Virus record (IMG/VR): IMGVR_UViG_3300045988_110372
Coordinates: 1 to 64,000 of that record
Length of the DNA: 64,000 bases
Origin: a virus
Strand: one strand, 5' to 3'
The notes under the pieces are model-generated. The model had not been told where the DNA came from. It was given only the letters and a program-made list of their open reading frames with translations, and ran no database searches. Made by a program: the position numbers and the translations under genes. Positions within the stretch are counted from its first letter, which is position 1. The number at the start of each line of letters is the position of its first letter. Below are positions 62,790-64,000 of this stretch, piece by piece.

Positions 62790-63755
62790 TTATTTCATTT
62801 CACTGATTAATGCATTTCCACAAGTAATTCTATCACTATCTTCTTCTTTTGAAGGAACAAATACGATGACATCCCATCCTTCTTCTAGCAGCGGCTGTTC
62901 GAATTTGCGGTACACATCATAATCAGCATATCCAGTTACTTCAAAACCATTTTCAATAGCTGAATTTGTTTCATGAATTGGGGTAATTTTTACAATAAAC
63001 TTATTCTTGTCAAATAACTCAGAGAGTTTCTTTGCATCAAGAATAGTCTGTGCAGTTACAGGAAAATTCAAAGTATATTTTCTACCTTTGGGCATTGGTA
63101 AATCTTCAGCTAATTCTGATATTTCAGTTAAAGATAAACTTTTTCTATCAAATAACTGATTTCTTTGTTCGTCACCAGTTGAATTGATAGAGAACTGAAG
63201 TCCTGCTTCACCATTGTAAAAATCATTTTTTATTTCGCACCAAGTAAGAATATACTGTTTCAATTTCTTATTTGCTTTTGGTAGCATAGTAGATACTACT
63301 GGATGAACAGTCTTTGCTTTTAATCCACAAGTCTTTACAAGTTCTTTCAGCATCATAGAAAAAGCCAGCACATTTTCATTCCAAGTTGGTTCTCCCATTC
63401 TTGCAAAGTGAACATTAAATCGTTCAGTTTCTCTTACATCTTCATTTTTGATAATCATTTTAATTTGATAAGCAAGTTCATTTACTGAAACATTACCAAA
63501 GAAGCCAAATTTAGGAACATCACAGAATTTACATTTCATCGGGCAACCTTTCTGTGTAGAGATAGTAGCAACCCATTTATTACGCAAATCTACTTCTGTG
63601 TTAGCTACTCCGTTGATTTCTTTTGTCAGACCGAGAAAGTCAGCCTTGATGTTATTTTCTTTTCCGTAATCACCTACTGTAAGAAATTCAAGTTTCTTTT
63701 CGGTATCTACATAAATCTTTCCTGTGTGAGTTTTAATTGTTTTCATATTATACAT
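62790..63755 (-). CDS. radical SAM enzyme, RlmN/Cfr-like
   Basis: 'ISTQKGCPMKCKFCDVPKFGFFGNVSVNELAYQI' has the CxxxCxxC cluster in an RlmN-like context. It also has 'ARMGEPTWN', 'KITPIHET' and a C-terminal 'DRITCGNAL', comparable to RlmN 'DIDAACGQL'. Confidence 0.7.
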   Translation of the reverse strand: MYNMKTIKTHTGKIYVDTEKKLEFLTVGDYGKENNIKADFLGLTKEINGVANTEVDLRNKWVATISTQKGCPMKCKFCDVPKFGFFGNVSVNELAYQIKMIIKNEDVRETERFNVHFARMGEPTWNENVLAFSMMLKELVKTCGLKAKTVHPVVSTMLPKANKKLKQYILTWCEIKNDFYNGEAGLQFSINSTGDEQRNQLFDRKSLSLTEISELAEDLPMPKGRKYTLNFPVTAQTILDAKKLSELFDKNKFIVKITPIHETNSAIENGFEVTGYADYDVYRKFEQPLLEEGWDVIVFVPSKEEDSDRITCGNALISEMK

Positions 63756-63774
63756 TTATTATTTTACGAATGAT

Positions 63775-63981
63775 TTATTCTTCTGTCTTTATGATTATCT
63801 GATTTGCATATCTCGGATTTACGATTAAATTTCCAATGCTTGAAGTAATCTCAATTTCTCCAAACGGATTTACGTTAATTACGTATTTGTTGTCTTTCCC
63901 ATCGTAAATTTCAAGACCGTAGTCTATTTCTTTTACTTCTGTATCGTCTTTAAAATCTCTTTCCTTGTATTTCATATTCAT
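63775..63981 (-). CDS. hypothetical protein (68 aa)
   Basis: Intact ORF at the window edge. Confidence 0.45.
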   Translation of the reverse strand: MNMKYKERDFKDDTEVKEIDYGLEIYDGKDNKYVINVNPFGEIEITSSIGNLIVNPRYANQIIIKTEE

Positions 63982-64000
63982 ACCAATTTAATATTTACTC

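Overview
The whole window reads as an AT-rich, tightly packed genome segment of a tailed dsDNA phage. No cellular housekeeping genes, integrase or rRNA are visible.

Gene layout:
- 87-9737 (+): early and replication genes. These include an AEP primase / DnaB-like helicase fusion, a ThyX-like protein, a DUF1599-like protein and one tRNA-Cys.
- 9942-18835 (-): a 2589-aa tail fibre / host-recognition protein plus small downstream genes.
- 19461-22198: two decayed genes and several small ORFs.
- 22213-30763 (-): a BspA/DUF285-type LRR protein, small virion genes, the portal, and a large terminase that carries an intein.
- 31026-41820 (+): a siphovirus-style morphogenesis block. It holds scaffold, capsid, connectors, tail tube, a chaperone pair with a -1 frameshift, and a 1732-aa tape measure. 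No sheath gene is seen.
- 41884-47207: an antirepressor, a split Cys-rich gene and other small genes.
- 47251-63981 (-): lysis, nucleotide metabolism and recombination genes. These are an M15 endolysin, dCMP deaminase, dUTPase, thioredoxin, a RuvC-like resolvase, an MBL nuclease, RecT, an OB-fold SSB, a Rad50-like ATPase and an RlmN/Cfr-like radical SAM enzyme.

Intergenic TAnnTTTG boxes suggest a Bacteroidota host, but this evidence is weak.

Most notable observations:
1. A group I intron with recognisable P/Q/R/S core elements and a GIY-YIG homing endonuclease splits a small Cys-rich ORF of unknown function.
2. An intein in the TerL P-loop carries a LAGLIDADG domain and the Trp/Cys/Thr signature of class 3 inteins.
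3. A roughly 450-nt non-coding locus contains tRNA-like modules that lack an anticodon arm.
4. A phage RlmN/Cfr-like radical SAM gene sits next to an SMC/Rad50-like ATPase.
5. At least seven selfish endonuclease elements from four families are present, one of them decaying.

All family assignments come from motif recognition by eye. No database search was run.
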